Source of the DNA: Tubiluchus corallicola
Taxonomy: Eukaryota; Animalia; Priapulida
Length of the DNA: 64,000 nt
Assembly: GCA_030141605.1 (NCBI GenBank)
Contig: JAQGDQ010000913.1
Location: forward strand, 16,966-80,965
Direction: 5' to 3'
Made by a program: the position numbers and the translations under genes. Below the pieces are notes generated by a model. That model was not told the origin of the DNA and did no database searches. It was given only the letters and a program-made list of their open reading frames with translations. Positions 11,973 to 25,037 of this stretch are shown piece after piece. The first letter of the stretch is position 1; every line of letters begins with the position of its first letter.

Positions 11973-14570
11973 ATGGCATTTAATCGACAACGTGAACAAG
12001 GCAATCATACCTTGCTACACAGTGTTTGTAAGGAAAATGGAGATACTAAACTAGCTGAAGATCTTATTCAAAAAGGTACTGACGTTAATGCACTTGATGA
12101 GCGTGGATACACACCTTTGCATTACGCTTGTGAAAATGTGAATCTGAACTTGGCTTCACTTCTTCTGTCTTACGGTTCATGTGTGAATGCTTGCACCGAA
12201 ATTGCTGCATCTCACCGTGTCAAAATGTCACCACTACATGCTGTCTTTGACTGTCCGAAAAACACAGATGAAGAAAAAGTCCATTCATTAGTGGAATTAT
12301 TGTTAAATAATGGATCTGATGTAAATGCTAATATGGTTTCCCACAGAGCTAACAATGAATCTCTATTACATCTTGCTGCACGTCGATCTTACCAAAGTGT
12401 TTTGAAATTGTTAATCAAAGAAGGTGCTGATATTGATCAGGTTGATGGTTATGGAAGAACTCCTCTTTGTTTAGCCACTTTACTTAAGTCTGAAATGATT
12501 GTGAAGTTATTAATTGATTGTGGTGCGAATGTAAATGAGGTTGATAAACCTGGAGATTCTCCACTGTCTTATGCAGCCTTTTGGTCTAAAGAAGAGATTG
12601 TGAAGTTGTTAATTGACAAGGGCGCCAATGTAAATCAGGTTGATAAATCTGGGGTTTCTCCACTAGGTGACGCAGTCAGGCGATCCAATGAAGAGATTGT
12701 TAAGTTGTTAATTGATAATGGTGCCGATGTAAACCATGTTGATAAACACGGGAATTCTCTACTAGCTTCTGCAATATTCTGGTCCAAAGAAGAAATTGTG
12801 AGCTTGTTAATTGATAGTGGTGCCAATGTAAATTTTGATTCGTTATGTAAGGCCCAAGAGCAATTACACTATTTACTAAAAGATTTCATTGAACGATCTA
12901 AACCTCTGATGAATGAAAACAATGATATTCTGATGTTACAAGCAATAACACAATTGTTCATAAACAATGGTGCGTATGTTAATAATATAGTTGGGTGTGG
13001 AACATCAGTGGAACATGCATTTCTCAATTTTCTTCTTCTAATGACACTGTTGTTAAATGGCCAGAGAAACAAAAATGTGCTTTTTGCGGTTTATGCAGTT
13101 TTGAAGACAATACTAGAACTATTACTACATAACAAATTTGAAGTTGTAGCTGATAAGAGTCACTCTTTTCTTCACCAACTTTGTTATTCACTTGAAACAA
13201 CAGCATCTGTAGTATTTAAGACAGACACCTGTAGGATTCAGGAAAGCACAGAAGCTCTATCACCAACAGAGTTAGCAGTTGATTTCTATTTGGCAATGTT
13301 GGCACAATTAATTATTACACACGCAGATGATGAAAGGCATTCTTCACCATATTTGGTTCTTCAAAGCTCTCTGGAAATAATAGCAAAGTTACTCACCGAT
13401 AAAGGTGTCGATGTATTTGATGAAAGCAAAGAAGACGAATATTTGTTGTATTCAGAAGATGCTCAAAGTTATGAAACAAAAGCAAATAAATTAAAAACTG
13501 AAAATGGTTTCTTTATCACTGCAGGGTTTCACCAAGTTGAACATAAGTCTTTGCATTCAACATTTTGCCTTTCACTTAAGATAATAATGTTGATGCTGTT
13601 TGACAAAGTGGCAGGAGCAAATCTTTGTGATGTGAATGGGAAATCGCTGCAGGATTTTGCAGTCAGTTTTTACTTTAAAGTAAAAAAATTTCTGACTAAC
13701 CAGGATGAAGACCAGAGGGGTAATGTAAAGTGTTTTTTCAGTTCTGAAAGTAAAACACAAGCAAAATTGCCAAGTCAAATAAGAGAAAACAGTGAAAGAA
13801 TCCTAAGTCAGTCATCTCAGCATTCACTAAACGAAAACGGAGTGAGCAGTAAAGAAGAGAAAACAGGCATATTTGCAGCTCTGTTTCTACAAGCCAATCT
13901 TTTAAACTTCTTACTCAATAAAGGGGCGCGTTTTGTTGACGTTTTAACACTGCGCACTGTACACAGTCCAGTTATGAATGTATTAACTCTGCACACTGTA
14001 TACAGTATAGTTTTGAATGCATTAACTAGCAAGAAGAAGTACTTTAGCAGAATACCGCATTGGCAAGACCTGTATGTCATGCTGGAAGTTTTATTTAAAA
14101 ACCAAAGGGGGCTGGATATCAATTTAGTTACCAGTGATGGAAAAAGTGCTTTTGGCATTCTTTTTGAAAAAGTCCTAAACTGTGTTTACGCACCACACAT
14201 GTGTAGTTCAGCGCTGATGCAAACGTACAAGTTGTTCCTGGAGCATGGTTTGCACCTTGATGCTGAAGGACATGATGGAACTAACTATGAGATGCTGAAA
14301 GAACTCATGCAGCGTCTTGGTTCACTTAGCGACGTGACTAAAATCAGGGAAGAAATTATAAATGAAATGGAGAATTCTTTTCTTGCTTGCAAACTCGATT
14401 TGAAATGTTGTTGTGCAAGAATCATAGCTGCCAATAATGTTGATTACAGGAGTCTTCCCTGTAGTTTGAAAAGTTATGTGGGGATACATCAGAAATGTAT
14501 CAATTCAAATTCTGATTCAGATTGGTTTGATATTTTAGATTCATTATGCTTCTCTGCCTGGTTATCTTAA
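11973..14570 (+). CDS. Ankyrin-repeat protein with C-terminal FEM-1-like SOCS/VHL-type box (865 aa, single coding exon)
   Basis: Uninterrupted ORF with about 8-9 ankyrin repeats in the first ~290 aa (G.TPLH.A...IVKLLID.GA.VN..D) and degenerate repeats after that. The C-terminal LDLKCCCARIIAANNVDYRSLPCSLKSYVGIH resembles the L..L..CAR.I....Y..LP..L..FV..H ending of FEM-1/SOCS-box proteins. Confidence 0.9.
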   Translation: MAFNRQREQGNHTLLHSVCKENGDTKLAEDLIQKGTDVNALDERGYTPLHYACENVNLNLASLLLSYGSCVNACTEIAASHRVKMSPLHAVFDCPKNTDEEKVHSLVELLLNNGSDVNANMVSHRANNESLLHLAARRSYQSVLKLLIKEGADIDQVDGYGRTPLCLATLLKSEMIVKLLIDCGANVNEVDKPGDSPLSYAAFWSKEEIVKLLIDKGANVNQVDKSGVSPLGDAVRRSNEEIVKLLIDNGADVNHVDKHGNSLLASAIFWSKEEIVSLLIDSGANVNFDSLCKAQEQLHYLLKDFIERSKPLMNENNDILMLQAITQLFINNGAYVNNIVGCGTSVEHAFLNFLLLMTLLLNGQRNKNVLFAVYAVLKTILELLLHNKFEVVADKSHSFLHQLCYSLETTASVVFKTDTCRIQESTEALSPTELAVDFYLAMLAQLIITHADDERHSSPYLVLQSSLEIIAKLLTDKGVDVFDESKEDEYLLYSEDAQSYETKANKLKTENGFFITAGFHQVEHKSLHSTFCLSLKIIMLMLFDKVAGANLCDVNGKSLQDFAVSFYFKVKKFLTNQDEDQRGNVKCFFSSESKTQAKLPSQIRENSERILSQSSQHSLNENGVSSKEEKTGIFAALFLQANLLNFLLNKGARFVDVLTLRTVHSPVMNVLTLHTVYSIVLNALTSKKKYFSRIPHWQDLYVMLEVLFKNQRGLDINLVTSDGKSAFGILFEKVLNCVYAPHMCSSALMQTYKLFLEHGLHLDAEGHDGTNYEMLKELMQRLGSLSDVTKIREEIINEMENSFLACKLDLKCCCARIIAANNVDYRSLPCSLKSYVGIHQKCINSNSDSDWFDILDSLCFSAWLS

Positions 14571-14716
14571 CAAAACAGAGCCGTTATCACTTAAGCAGAC
14601 TTATTGTTAACAGTGATACAAATTGAACGTTAAGTCTAATAGTAACACGAGACACTCCCAGGTGTTTTCTAGCCACCTTAAGCAGTTCAATAGTGCTAAG
14701 GTAGGAAAAGCTAGAA

Positions 14717-15619
14717 TGATTGCATAAAAGCTACTGATAAATAATGTACTGTCATTTATTTATGCATAAGTAACAAGTAATTTATAATTTTATTTGGTGT
14801 GGTGAAAATTTGTAGGTGATTTGTGTAAAATTACCTGTATGTAATTTACATTTGTGAAAATTAATTGATTTTACTGATTTTACTTTAGTAAACAAAAAAT
14901 TCAAAATTTCGGTGCTGTGAAAATAAAACTAATATTTCTAAATGTTAAAACTAAAATTACAGTTACTTGCTAAATAGTTTTGAAAGCCATATTTAGCAGA
15001 ATATTGAACTTGAAAAGTTTTTGCTCAAATGTATTGAATTAGACTTCACTAGGTAACTCCAGATGTGTAGATTTGTACCTATATGAGGTAGAATAAAAAA
15101 TTAGAACCTGCCTTAATCACAAAGAATTGAATTAATAAGTGTAATGTTGTAATCTCTAGGTATCTTGTTTGAATCCAAACTGAGCTCTATGTTTTTAACA
15201 ATATCCTTGATTAATGAGTTTTTAATTATATATGCTGTTCAACCCACTTCTAGGCATACTTCTACCGACCTAGTGGCATTATATATAATGTATGCATGTA
15301 TACATTGGTATGAATCTGTACAATGCAATGCAGTGCAACCCTTGATTGCTGTGTGCCCTTCTTACATGTTTGGAAAGTTTGTAGCCTGCACAAATTTGTG
15401 TACAAGTAACTAATCAGAAACTGGTCGCTTGTAAAAATTTTGATGTAAACACTCTTAAGAAAAATTATTTATTTTTATAAGTAAGTCTTTAAAGGCATAT
15501 TTAATATCATATGCTATATAGCTTAGTGAAATTTCATATAATTATACTTTATTTTTATGTATTTTTGCTCATATAATATATTTTACTAGTATGTATATAT
15601 ATATTATAACACGCATATT

Positions 15620-15669
<50 letters not shown>

Positions 15670-16345
15670 CATATTAAATAAATATATATATATTTCCTGT
15701 AATTCAAAATCGTTTATATTAAGTTATCCTGTAGCAAAAAAGGTAAATAGTAAGTTTATATGCACCTTTATAGCTTAACTGCTTTTCATTTTATTATGTT
15801 TTTAAAGAGGTATTATCAATTCTTAGTATTTACAATTTAATGTTTAAAATAAAAATTAATTTAAATATTTAAACTTAAACAATTTTTTCAATGTTTGCAC
15901 TACTTCATTAAATTTTTATACTATGTTACAGCAATTTTTTCTATAGGCTGTACAACTATAGTATACTATAAAGTCTAATACTAGAATAAGGGCAACAGGA
16001 CTGTATGGTCGTATGTTGTCCTCGTATTTGGCATTCTTTTGTTGATTCTTGATGTTGTTGATTTGATACTAATACTGACCATAGGTGCGAAATAAAATGA
16101 TTCTTAAGATATGATAAGCTAAAATGATTACATAAAAGCTACTGATGAATAATGCACAGTCATTTAGTAACAAATCAGAAGGCAACAGAAATATGTGATT
16201 TTACAATGATTTTATAATTATTATATGTATAAGTTCTTCAACTGCTATAATTTTACTTGGTATTGTGAATATTTATAGGTTTTTGGTGCAGAAATACCTA
16301 GTTTGTAATTTGCCTTTGTGAACAATAATTGATTTTACTGATTTT
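14717..16345 (+). repeat. Local duplication of ankyrin 3' flank (14717-14885 vs 16123-16345)
   Basis: ATGATT.CATAAAAGCTACTGAT.AATAATG.AC.GTCATTTA and TAATTGATTTTACTGATTTTA occur in both places in the same order. Confidence 0.65.
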
Positions 16346-16689
16346 ATTATAATTAGCAGTCTACTATATCAATGAAAAATTAAGAAAACTCAATTTTTTG
16401 TTGTGATATTGAACAAATAAACTAATAATTAAACACACTTAGTGTTATTAAACTAATAAATTTAACAAAGTGTTAAACGTTTCATGTGTTGCTAGGGGGT
16501 CCTCACCTAGTTAGTTGCTTGAGCACTTTTCCTGATTGCAATTCTTGTAAAGCTCTATAACAGAATTTGGGTTCAATTCTAAAAGCGGACTTTGTTTGTA
16601 TAAACCGATTTGGAGACTAGGAAATTAATTTTGAAATGTTATATGATAGTAATACCTTTATTAAATGAGACGGTTTCTAAAGATGATGT

Positions 16690-16908
16690 TGACTCACCTC
16701 AAGGATGCGTCACTCACTAATCAAAAAGCGTATTTTTATTCTTATTGACAAATACAGCAAATGAAAATTTTGTGTATTAGTGGACTTCTGCGCTACAGAT
16801 GCTCTAATTAATTTTTCAAACATTACTCAGTGTCAACTAATCTTGTTTCAAATGACCTGTTGTCAAAATGGTTGCGTATAATAGTCATTGTGGGAGTTTA
16901 AATTTACA
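16690..16908 (+). mobile_element. Dispersed repeat family 2, internal fragment
   Basis: TGACTCACC...CACTCACTAA...CTTATTGACAA...CTTGTTTCAAATGACCTGT...GGGAGTTTAAATTTACA matches 59238-59458. Confidence 0.6.
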
Positions 16909-19900
16909 GGTCTTGCTGAACCTATATGTTTTCTGCATCGTGTTTGTAAATACAGTATACTTTATAATGTCTAAATGTTCTCAGCATTGCTGTATTCTTA
17001 GCACTGGTAATGATAGCAGTGGACTGTTTTGAACCACTACATGGAAAGTGCGCACCATTGATCGCTGGTAGGTGGGTCGTATTAGCAATGGATAGCCCAT
17101 TGGTCAAGTAGTCACTCGAGCTAACCGACGTCCTGTGTCATCAACCATTTAATCCATGTCACCAATCACGAAACCATTATCTGAGCTGTCATGAACGTGT
17201 CCACTCTGCAAGTTTAGTGTTATGTAATGCGTTAGGTACATTTCTACACGATGGTTAACGTCTTGAACAAGATAACACATTAGACATATGGTTTCTTATA
17301 AAATTACGAATGCTTTAGTCTCTAAAAAGAATTAGCACTGTTAGCTCTGACTAGTTGTGGTACCAATTCATATTTTGCTAGGTGACAAAAACTATAGCTT
17401 GGTCTATGTTAAGTGAACTTATAATTGAAGCATATAGATGGCACCACCTGTTTACTCTTGGCAGTATTTACCTCAAGATGTCTTCTTATTAATAATTATT
17501 AGTAGTAATTAATAATTTACTTTACTAATTAATTAATTAATTACTAAGATTAATTTCTTAATTAATCTTTTGTTTTATCTATTTATTGTGCTCCACTCTA
17601 CCACGTAACAGTATACAGGTTAAGATTTGTCTACATGATTAGGTATCAACCCTAGAGCTAAACAGCTGCCATATCTGATATTTATGAGGAACGTTTCGCT
17701 CAATCTAGTACGTCAACACTAGCACTAACATCACTGTGACAGTTAACAGACTTGTACAAAAAGAAAAGAGTGTCATTGGATGCAATCATGCTAGACATAT
17801 CGAAGGGGTTGTGCATCTGTGGGGCCAGGTAGTGATCCCTGCACTGAACTTTACCATCAACAGCAACTGCCATACTGTCTGCCACCGTAAAATTTGCCAC
17901 GATATTGGACGAATTTCGACTGACTCCATAATAAAAATTAGCAACCTATTCGTAAAATTGGGTGTCCAACAGCGCACAGTTTCATACGCTTGATGCAAAG
18001 TTTATTTCAAAGACTGATTCATCATTTTTGTAGACTTATTACCCTATCCATTTTGGACAAATGACAGCTATTGTTTGACGTCTTAAGTAGATTAAGAGGA
18101 AGGAAAACTCAGCAGCAAAAGATCAAGAGGGAGGAGTCAGCAGCAATAATCAAGCAGGAAAAAACCCAGGCTGGTCTTGGCAGACCTACGCAACTCATAT
18201 CCACCCAGCGAACTTACCTAATTGGCTAGTAAATCTCTATGGGAAGCCCAGCAGGTGTAAGTAATTGAGCAGCCTAGACCAATGCCACAACCTGGATTAA
18301 ACTGGAAATCAGTTCAATAGTAAATAATTTTAAATGCACGTGGCTGTGCATGTTTTAAGAATCGCAAATGGAAATAAGCGACAACAATTAAGGGAAGCCT
18401 TTTCTCATTTTGTTGACAAAAATCGGTTTTTAATTTGTTTAAGGTAAGCAAATGCATTTCACATGAAAATCCATTGTGTGGGCAGTAGAAATCTGCAAAA
18501 ATTATCAAATTTAACGTTATCACTTTTTTTTCGTGAAGCTCACGATTTTTTGATTTTATTTTTATTAATTATTAGTTTGTAATTATTATCAATAGTCATA
18601 TTATTACATTCTTTTGTTAAAACAATAAAAATCCCACACAAGAAATTTTAGCTATAAAATAAGTTTATTTCTTTGTATACAGTCTAAACTTTCATCCTTG
18701 GACATGCATAACATTTACCTTCATGGAATTGCTGGCACCCTTTCACTTCATGGAAAATTTTACCAGGGCAGTTGGTTTTTACAGATCATATTGTAAGCAT
18801 GTGACTTGACAGAGAGAAAACACAGTATGGTATCATTACTGATTCATAAAATAAAGTTTATGAGATATAAAACGAAATTCACATGTATCTACTTGATTTT
18901 TCATTGTCTTTCAGTTTTCGGTTTTGAAGTTACTGTTACACATGCTTTACAGTTTATGGTAATGTTCATGTTGATGTTCTTGTCATGTTGCAGAAGCTTA
19001 AGAAACATAAATACTATTCCGTTAGCAGCATGTTTATGTATATGCTCGCTCAGTGGATAATAATTTCTCATAAATTTATTCTTACTCATGATAACCCGGT
19101 AAAGAGAGAAAGAAAGAGTGTGCACGCACCCTCGTGTGTGTGCGTGTGTGCTTGTGCGTGTGTATCAGAGAAAGAGGGGAAGTGAGAGAAAGAGCGAGGG
19201 ATACAGAAAAAAGGAATAGAAAAGAAAGAGTACGAGACAATAGAAAGGCTTTTATATATTAGAAAACATTGATGAATTTGTTCATTTACATTTCAGAGTG
19301 ATTGCGAAGCAAGCCCGTACTGGAACTGGCTAATAAAGCTGCTTGGTGGTTATTAGCTGCACCACTTGGAGCTAATCCATACGAAAATTCTAACTAAATA
19401 TATGAAACTTTTGTTATAATTATGAATCATCAACTAATGTTAACCAAGTGTTAATAAAGAGTGCAAAATAAAACAAAAGGTTAACTTAATTTTCCCTAGA
19501 TAGTTATTTTATGGTGGATGCATAAAAGTTGTATGCATTTATTTTGTTATTTGAAGATGCAGGTGTAAAGAGTTACAGACATTTGGTGTTTGTGACTTTC
19601 TAAGTAATAAAAATTATACGTAACATTATTGCGTAACTGAAGATTCAGTTGTATCTCGTTTTACCAGTTTGATGGATGTAACTTTGTAGATAACAGTAGT
19701 TACATATATGTGGTGAGTGATCCTACAGATCAACTAAGATGTTTTTTGTCTATAAATAATAATTTTATGCGCAGCAGGTAAAACATAAAACCAAATGTGT
19801 TTAACCAGAGTGTGTTTTTCCGAACCTGTAAAAAACAATCGAACACTTTTTGTTAACTTTCCCCAAAGTATTACTGATTTTTGGATTTCCCTGAATACGA

Positions 19901-20019
19901 CACCAATGCACCGACACTTATTTAAATAATCTTCAAACCGATACCAATTAACCGACTCATTAATAATTGTTTAAATCAGCTATAAGTGCGAACTAATGAT
20001 ACTTGTGTTCACAATTGGA

Positions 20020-20560
20020 CAATTTAAATTGCCAAAATTTTCCTACACAGACTTAGTAGAATTTTTGGCGTTAAGTTGTCTTCTGGTCCTTTTTTCCTTG
20101 GAATTTTGGAATTGGAACTAGAACTCCTTTCCTTAACTTGTTTTGGAAAATTCCCCGTTTTTGCAACATCATTAAAGTTTCAACAAGTCGGCAATTCTTG
20201 TATTACTAACAAGGCACATATTTAATTTATTCAACTAACAAATCATCAATGCCTGGACGTTGCCATTCCTTAAAGAACGTTTCTTCTTTGTTAAATGGAA
20301 GTTCGTATCTGCAGGCTCCAGGTGAGGCAGAGTTTTCGAGTTAGCAATATTGAAAGATTTTTCAAAGAATTCTGTATTTAATGTTTTCTTTTTCAAAATC
20401 TAATTCCACCTTTTGAGGTATCAACGTTTATAGTAATGTATTGTAGATTTCCATCCACTTCCATTCCTGAAGATATTTTTGGTTGAAGTTGTTGAACATC
20501 TTTATTTATCTTAGCTATCCAAGTTGCTTTATGTTTGATATAGACAAAATAAGTCATTTG
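20020..20560 (-). mobile_element. LINE reverse transcriptase N-terminal remnant
   Basis: The minus strand reads PGIDDLLVE...LRKGVLVPIPK...KKGPEDNLTPKILLSLCRKILAI, matching the K.PG.D...P.PK.....N.RPI.LL...K RT-start motif, with stops and frameshifts. Confidence 0.75.
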
Positions 20561-21278
20561 TGTGCACCAAACAAAATTAAAAATATAATTAATTATTATC
20601 AAATTAACAACTGCAGATGAAGGCCTGCACAGGATAGGCTTAAGCATCGAACATTCAAACTCAAACGAGTTTTCCTAGTTGGAAATCACAGACTAAAATA
20701 ATAGATGCAGCACGTCAAATAAATGCAGCTTCGTCACTAAAACTTTTGTAACATCATGCTATCAGAACATTTAGTTGTGATTTCAGTGCACAATTTTCAA
20801 TGTTCTATTGCAGATTAAAACCGAATAATACATAGTTGCAGTCCTTCTTGTGTGACCGAATTTTCTTGCTTGTTCGGAAATCTTGAGAATGGAAATTTGT
20901 TTTGATTGGAGTTTGAAAGTCATAGATTCGATTTGTTTCAAATTCGGTTTCTGGAAGAGGATGTTTGGTCTTGCTGATCATTGCACAGCATAGTTGCTAA
21001 CTTCTTATGATGCGTGTTAGTAAAATGCACCTGTGAGTTTCAAATTGTTTCCATGTACCTTAGTATTATTAACTTCACAAAATATTTTGTTATCACATTC
21101 CATTACAAGGTGTTTCATAAATCATTCGATAATTGAGTTTTGAATTTTTTTTCGAAAAAAATTTGCTCCTTTGACTTTTCAGTAGACTTAAGAGTTATGA
21201 AGCCATTAATTTTGTCATGCTACCAAGACCTCCGTGCATGCACAAAAACACCCAGATATGTATGTGCACATCATGCAT

Positions 21279-22001
21279 GATCCATTTCATCAAGAATGAC
21301 CAAGAATGTTCAAACACTCCAATCCAGACATCAAGGCCAGACATTAGTGTGTGCATTAGATGTTTATTCTGCTAAAAATATATAAATGTAAATAAATAAA
21401 TTGTTGCATATTTTGTGAAAATGACTTTAAATTAGTACATTTGCAAAGACTTTAATATAAAATTCCAGCTTAATTTTAGTTAATACAATTATTAATGCTG
21501 TGATTACTTAAATAAATTAACTGCCTAATTCACGTTCAGACTGCGGATTAATGAAAAATATAAATAAGTTAATAAACTGCTTCAATATGAGTACCACACA
21601 AATAAATCACATAAAGTAACATTACACAGTAATAAACTGCCATTACAATGCAACACATTTCATATACACAGTTAATTCCAGTTGCTAATCAAAACTGCAA
21701 AAATTGTTTAATTAAACAAAAGTAACTCACATCCTTGCCCAAACATTAGAGCACCATTAGAGAACTGTAACAGCAAATTGACAATAAACACCAATTGCAA
21801 CTGAAAAATGCAGGAAACAATCTAATTAACTCAATAAGACACAAGTTCCACGAATTACATGTGACCAGCCACAACATATCATGGCAAAGTGTCTGCAGCA
21901 TTTCACAAAGCCAGGTGCCTAAAGTCACTAAAATGAAATCATCTGACAGGTAAGTTAAGGCAACTGCCTGTTGTCTTGAGAGGGCAGCACTGTCCAACAC
22001 A
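21279..22001 (-). mobile_element. 3' LTR of the BEL/Pao element
   Basis: On the - strand a G12 polypurine tract (22005-22016) directly precedes TGTG at 22001; the segment is a direct repeat of 24138-24759. Confidence 0.7.
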
Positions 22002-22052
22002 TTACCCCCCCCCCCCACAAAATACTCCAACAAAAGTAGTTTATCTTAAAAC

Positions 22053-23500
22053 TTATCCAATTTTCCCAATAAACATGTTTTTTTGTATTGGCCTCTTAAC
22101 AACAGCATTTGACGTTTCAAACTGTACTGCCCAAACCAAACCATCAAGCCCAGGTAAAAACCTCACAAACCCTTCCTGCTGATTCCATGGCAGATTGCTA
22201 TCAACTACCAAAGTCAAGTCACAAACTTCCAGGTTATCTGATGCCTTTTTGTATTTCTGATGCTTCTGAAGCAGCGGCAAATACTCCCATAGACAACGCT
22301 TCCAAAACAGATCAGATAACTGATCAGATTAGAAACTGGACTTGTCTATATCGTCTCCTATACAGATCATGTCCATCAAATAATCCAGGTGGAAGTGTAG
22401 CTCCAGATCTCTGCAACAATAAATGGTTTGGCTAAAGAGGTTCCATGTCTTTGGGATCATTTGATACCACAGTGATAAGACGCCCGTTGATGAAAGCTTC
22501 AACATTGCACATCAGTGTGGCCAAACCTTCGTCATCCAAGCTTTGTTCCATAGCCACAGAATATAACATTCTCCTGATAAAACCAGTCATTCTCATCCAC
22601 ACCCCATCATGATTTGATGACGCAGGATTACTAAATAGCCATTGCACATTTTTCTGGCGCAGCACATCCTCAATTCTGCTTTGATTCCATCCTTTCATAG
22701 CTGTCCTCAATTCTTTGTTTGAACCAGCAAAATTGGTCCCGTTATTAGACCTGATCATTTCAGGTATGCCACGTCTACTTATAAACCTGAATAAAGCATT
22801 TATGAAACTGCCCGCCTCTAATGAGTGAAGAACTTCGATGTGGATGGCTCTAGTCAGCAAACAAAAAAGACGCATCCATACCTCGTCACCAATGGCCGAC
22901 TTCTCTTAGCCATAGAAAGTCCAAGGCAATCAACTTCGACTTTCATGAATGGAACTGTTCCAGGAGTGACCCTATCTGTAGCAAGTCAGCCATCTTTTGA
23001 GTTAAAGGAGCAGCATCACGATATGCATCTATACAACACTCCTCGTATTGAAAGTTTGGCATTCACAATCCGAAGTCACTCTCGAATCTTAGAAAGTACA
23101 TACTCTCTACCCGAGTGCCATGTTCTTTCATGATAATGCTGAATGATAAGTGACACAACATGATCCTTCTTAGGCAGTATCATTGGATGCTTAGCATCAT
23201 CAGACAATTGTGAATATTTGAGACGACCGCCTACACAAATCGCTCCACTCAAAACAATTGGATCCAGTTTATACAACACACTCCTTTGTCCTCCTTTTGT
23301 CCACATCAGACTCTGAGTCAAGACCAGCCTTGTCTTCCAAAAAAAGCTTCAACTGAACGTACTTCACAATACTAAATTCAGCTTGCCTCATTTCACTCAC
23401 TGTCAAGCGTCCTGATAGTACTGCCAGATCAGATGTCCTCACTTTGCTGAGCAAAATTCCTTTCAATCAGGATATCCATGCCACACTCTTCATGAGCTGC
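22053..23500 (-). mobile_element. BEL/Pao LTR retrotransposon pol remnant (integrase region), disrupted
   Basis: Fragments LDP....G.ICVGGRL...L..DAKHPMILPK..H...LII.HYH....HSG (zinc-binding), CLLTRAIHIEV..L....FI.AL.RFISRRG.P..IRSNNGTNF.G (rve core) and PG.DG.V..V...T......RPI (DUF5641-like tail), all typical of BEL/Pao. Confidence 0.92.
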
Positions 23501-24137
23501 TTTTCTTCAGCCAAGATAAATTAATGATCTTCAAAACTGAAACAAGGTAAATATGGTATAAAGCGGATATGTGTTAGCGAGGTATGAAAATAATCTACAG
23601 TAAACAAACTAAGTCTTTTTTACACACAGAGCCCCAGGCAAAATCATGTAGATGTACAGTTATGATTTGGCCAATATTCCAGTAACAGCAGCGTACTTAG
23701 GTCTGTAGCTTACATGCATTTAAGCAGTAATTTGACTACTTTAATTTTGTCCAAAACCAGTTTGTCAGAAAAGACTACAAAAACTTCCTTCCATTGCAAG
23801 TTAAATCAAAGGCTTTTAAACAGCTGGCTTAAAAATAAATTTACCCAAATACTGTATGAAACCAAATCACAGAGAATAAGCTAATACTGTAGTCCAAAAT
23901 TAGAGGCAAAGACAGGTTATGGCTTTTACAATTTTTATAAATAACGCCACTATAGATGCATTAGTCATTACAACCACAACTAACAAATTACAATACAATA
24001 TAAGAATACAACGACAATATATACATAGCTGCTCATGTAGTTTTTGCACGACAGGGTTACATGCAAGAGTCCACTGACAGAAAACAGGACTAGTTGATCC
24101 AGAAGCTTCTAACTGCTTGCGTACGCGTTGAATGTAT

Positions 24138-24759
24138 CATCCATTTCATCAAGAATGACCAAGAATGTTCAAACACTCCAATCCAAACATCAAGCGCAGA
24201 CATACACTTGTGTGCATTAGATGTTTATTCTGTTAAAAATATATAAATGTAAATAAATAAATTGTTGCATATTTTGTGAAAATAATGACTTTAAATTAGT
24301 ACATTTGCAAAGACTTTAATATAAAATTCCAGCCTAAATTTAGTTAATACAATTATTAATGTTGTGATTGCTTAAGTAAATTAACTGCCTAATTCCCGTT
24401 CACACAGCGGAATAATAAAAAAATGTTTATATGTAAATTGATAAACTGCCTCAATATGAGTACCTCACAAATAAATTACATCAAGTAACATTACACAGTA
24501 ATAACCTGCCTTTACAATGCTAGTCAAAACTGAAAAATTATTTAATTAAATAAAAGTAACTCACATCCTTGCCCAAACATTAGAGCACCATTAGAGAACT
24601 GTAACAGCAAATCGATATTAAACACCAATTTCAACAGCAGACTGCAGGAAACAATTTAATTAACTCATCAAGACACAAGTTTTGGAAATTACATGTGACC
24701 AGCCCCAATATATCAAGTTGGGGTAACTGCCTCAGAGGGCAGCACTGTGCGGCACAACA
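24138..24759 (-). mobile_element. Second LTR copy (5' LTR or independent related LTR)
   Basis: Diverged direct repeat of 21279-22001 (shared ATCCATTTCATCAAGAATGACCAAGAATG...GAGGGCAGCACTGT); begins TGT on the - strand. No clear PBS or TSD seen. Confidence 0.65.
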
Positions 24760-24863
24760 TCCATACACACATTAAGAACCTAATGGCTGTGATTAATTAA
24801 AGGAGACACTGAGACAAGTAGAGTCAATTTAAAACCAGATTCAATGTTTTCAACCACTACACA

Positions 24864-25037
<174 letters not shown>

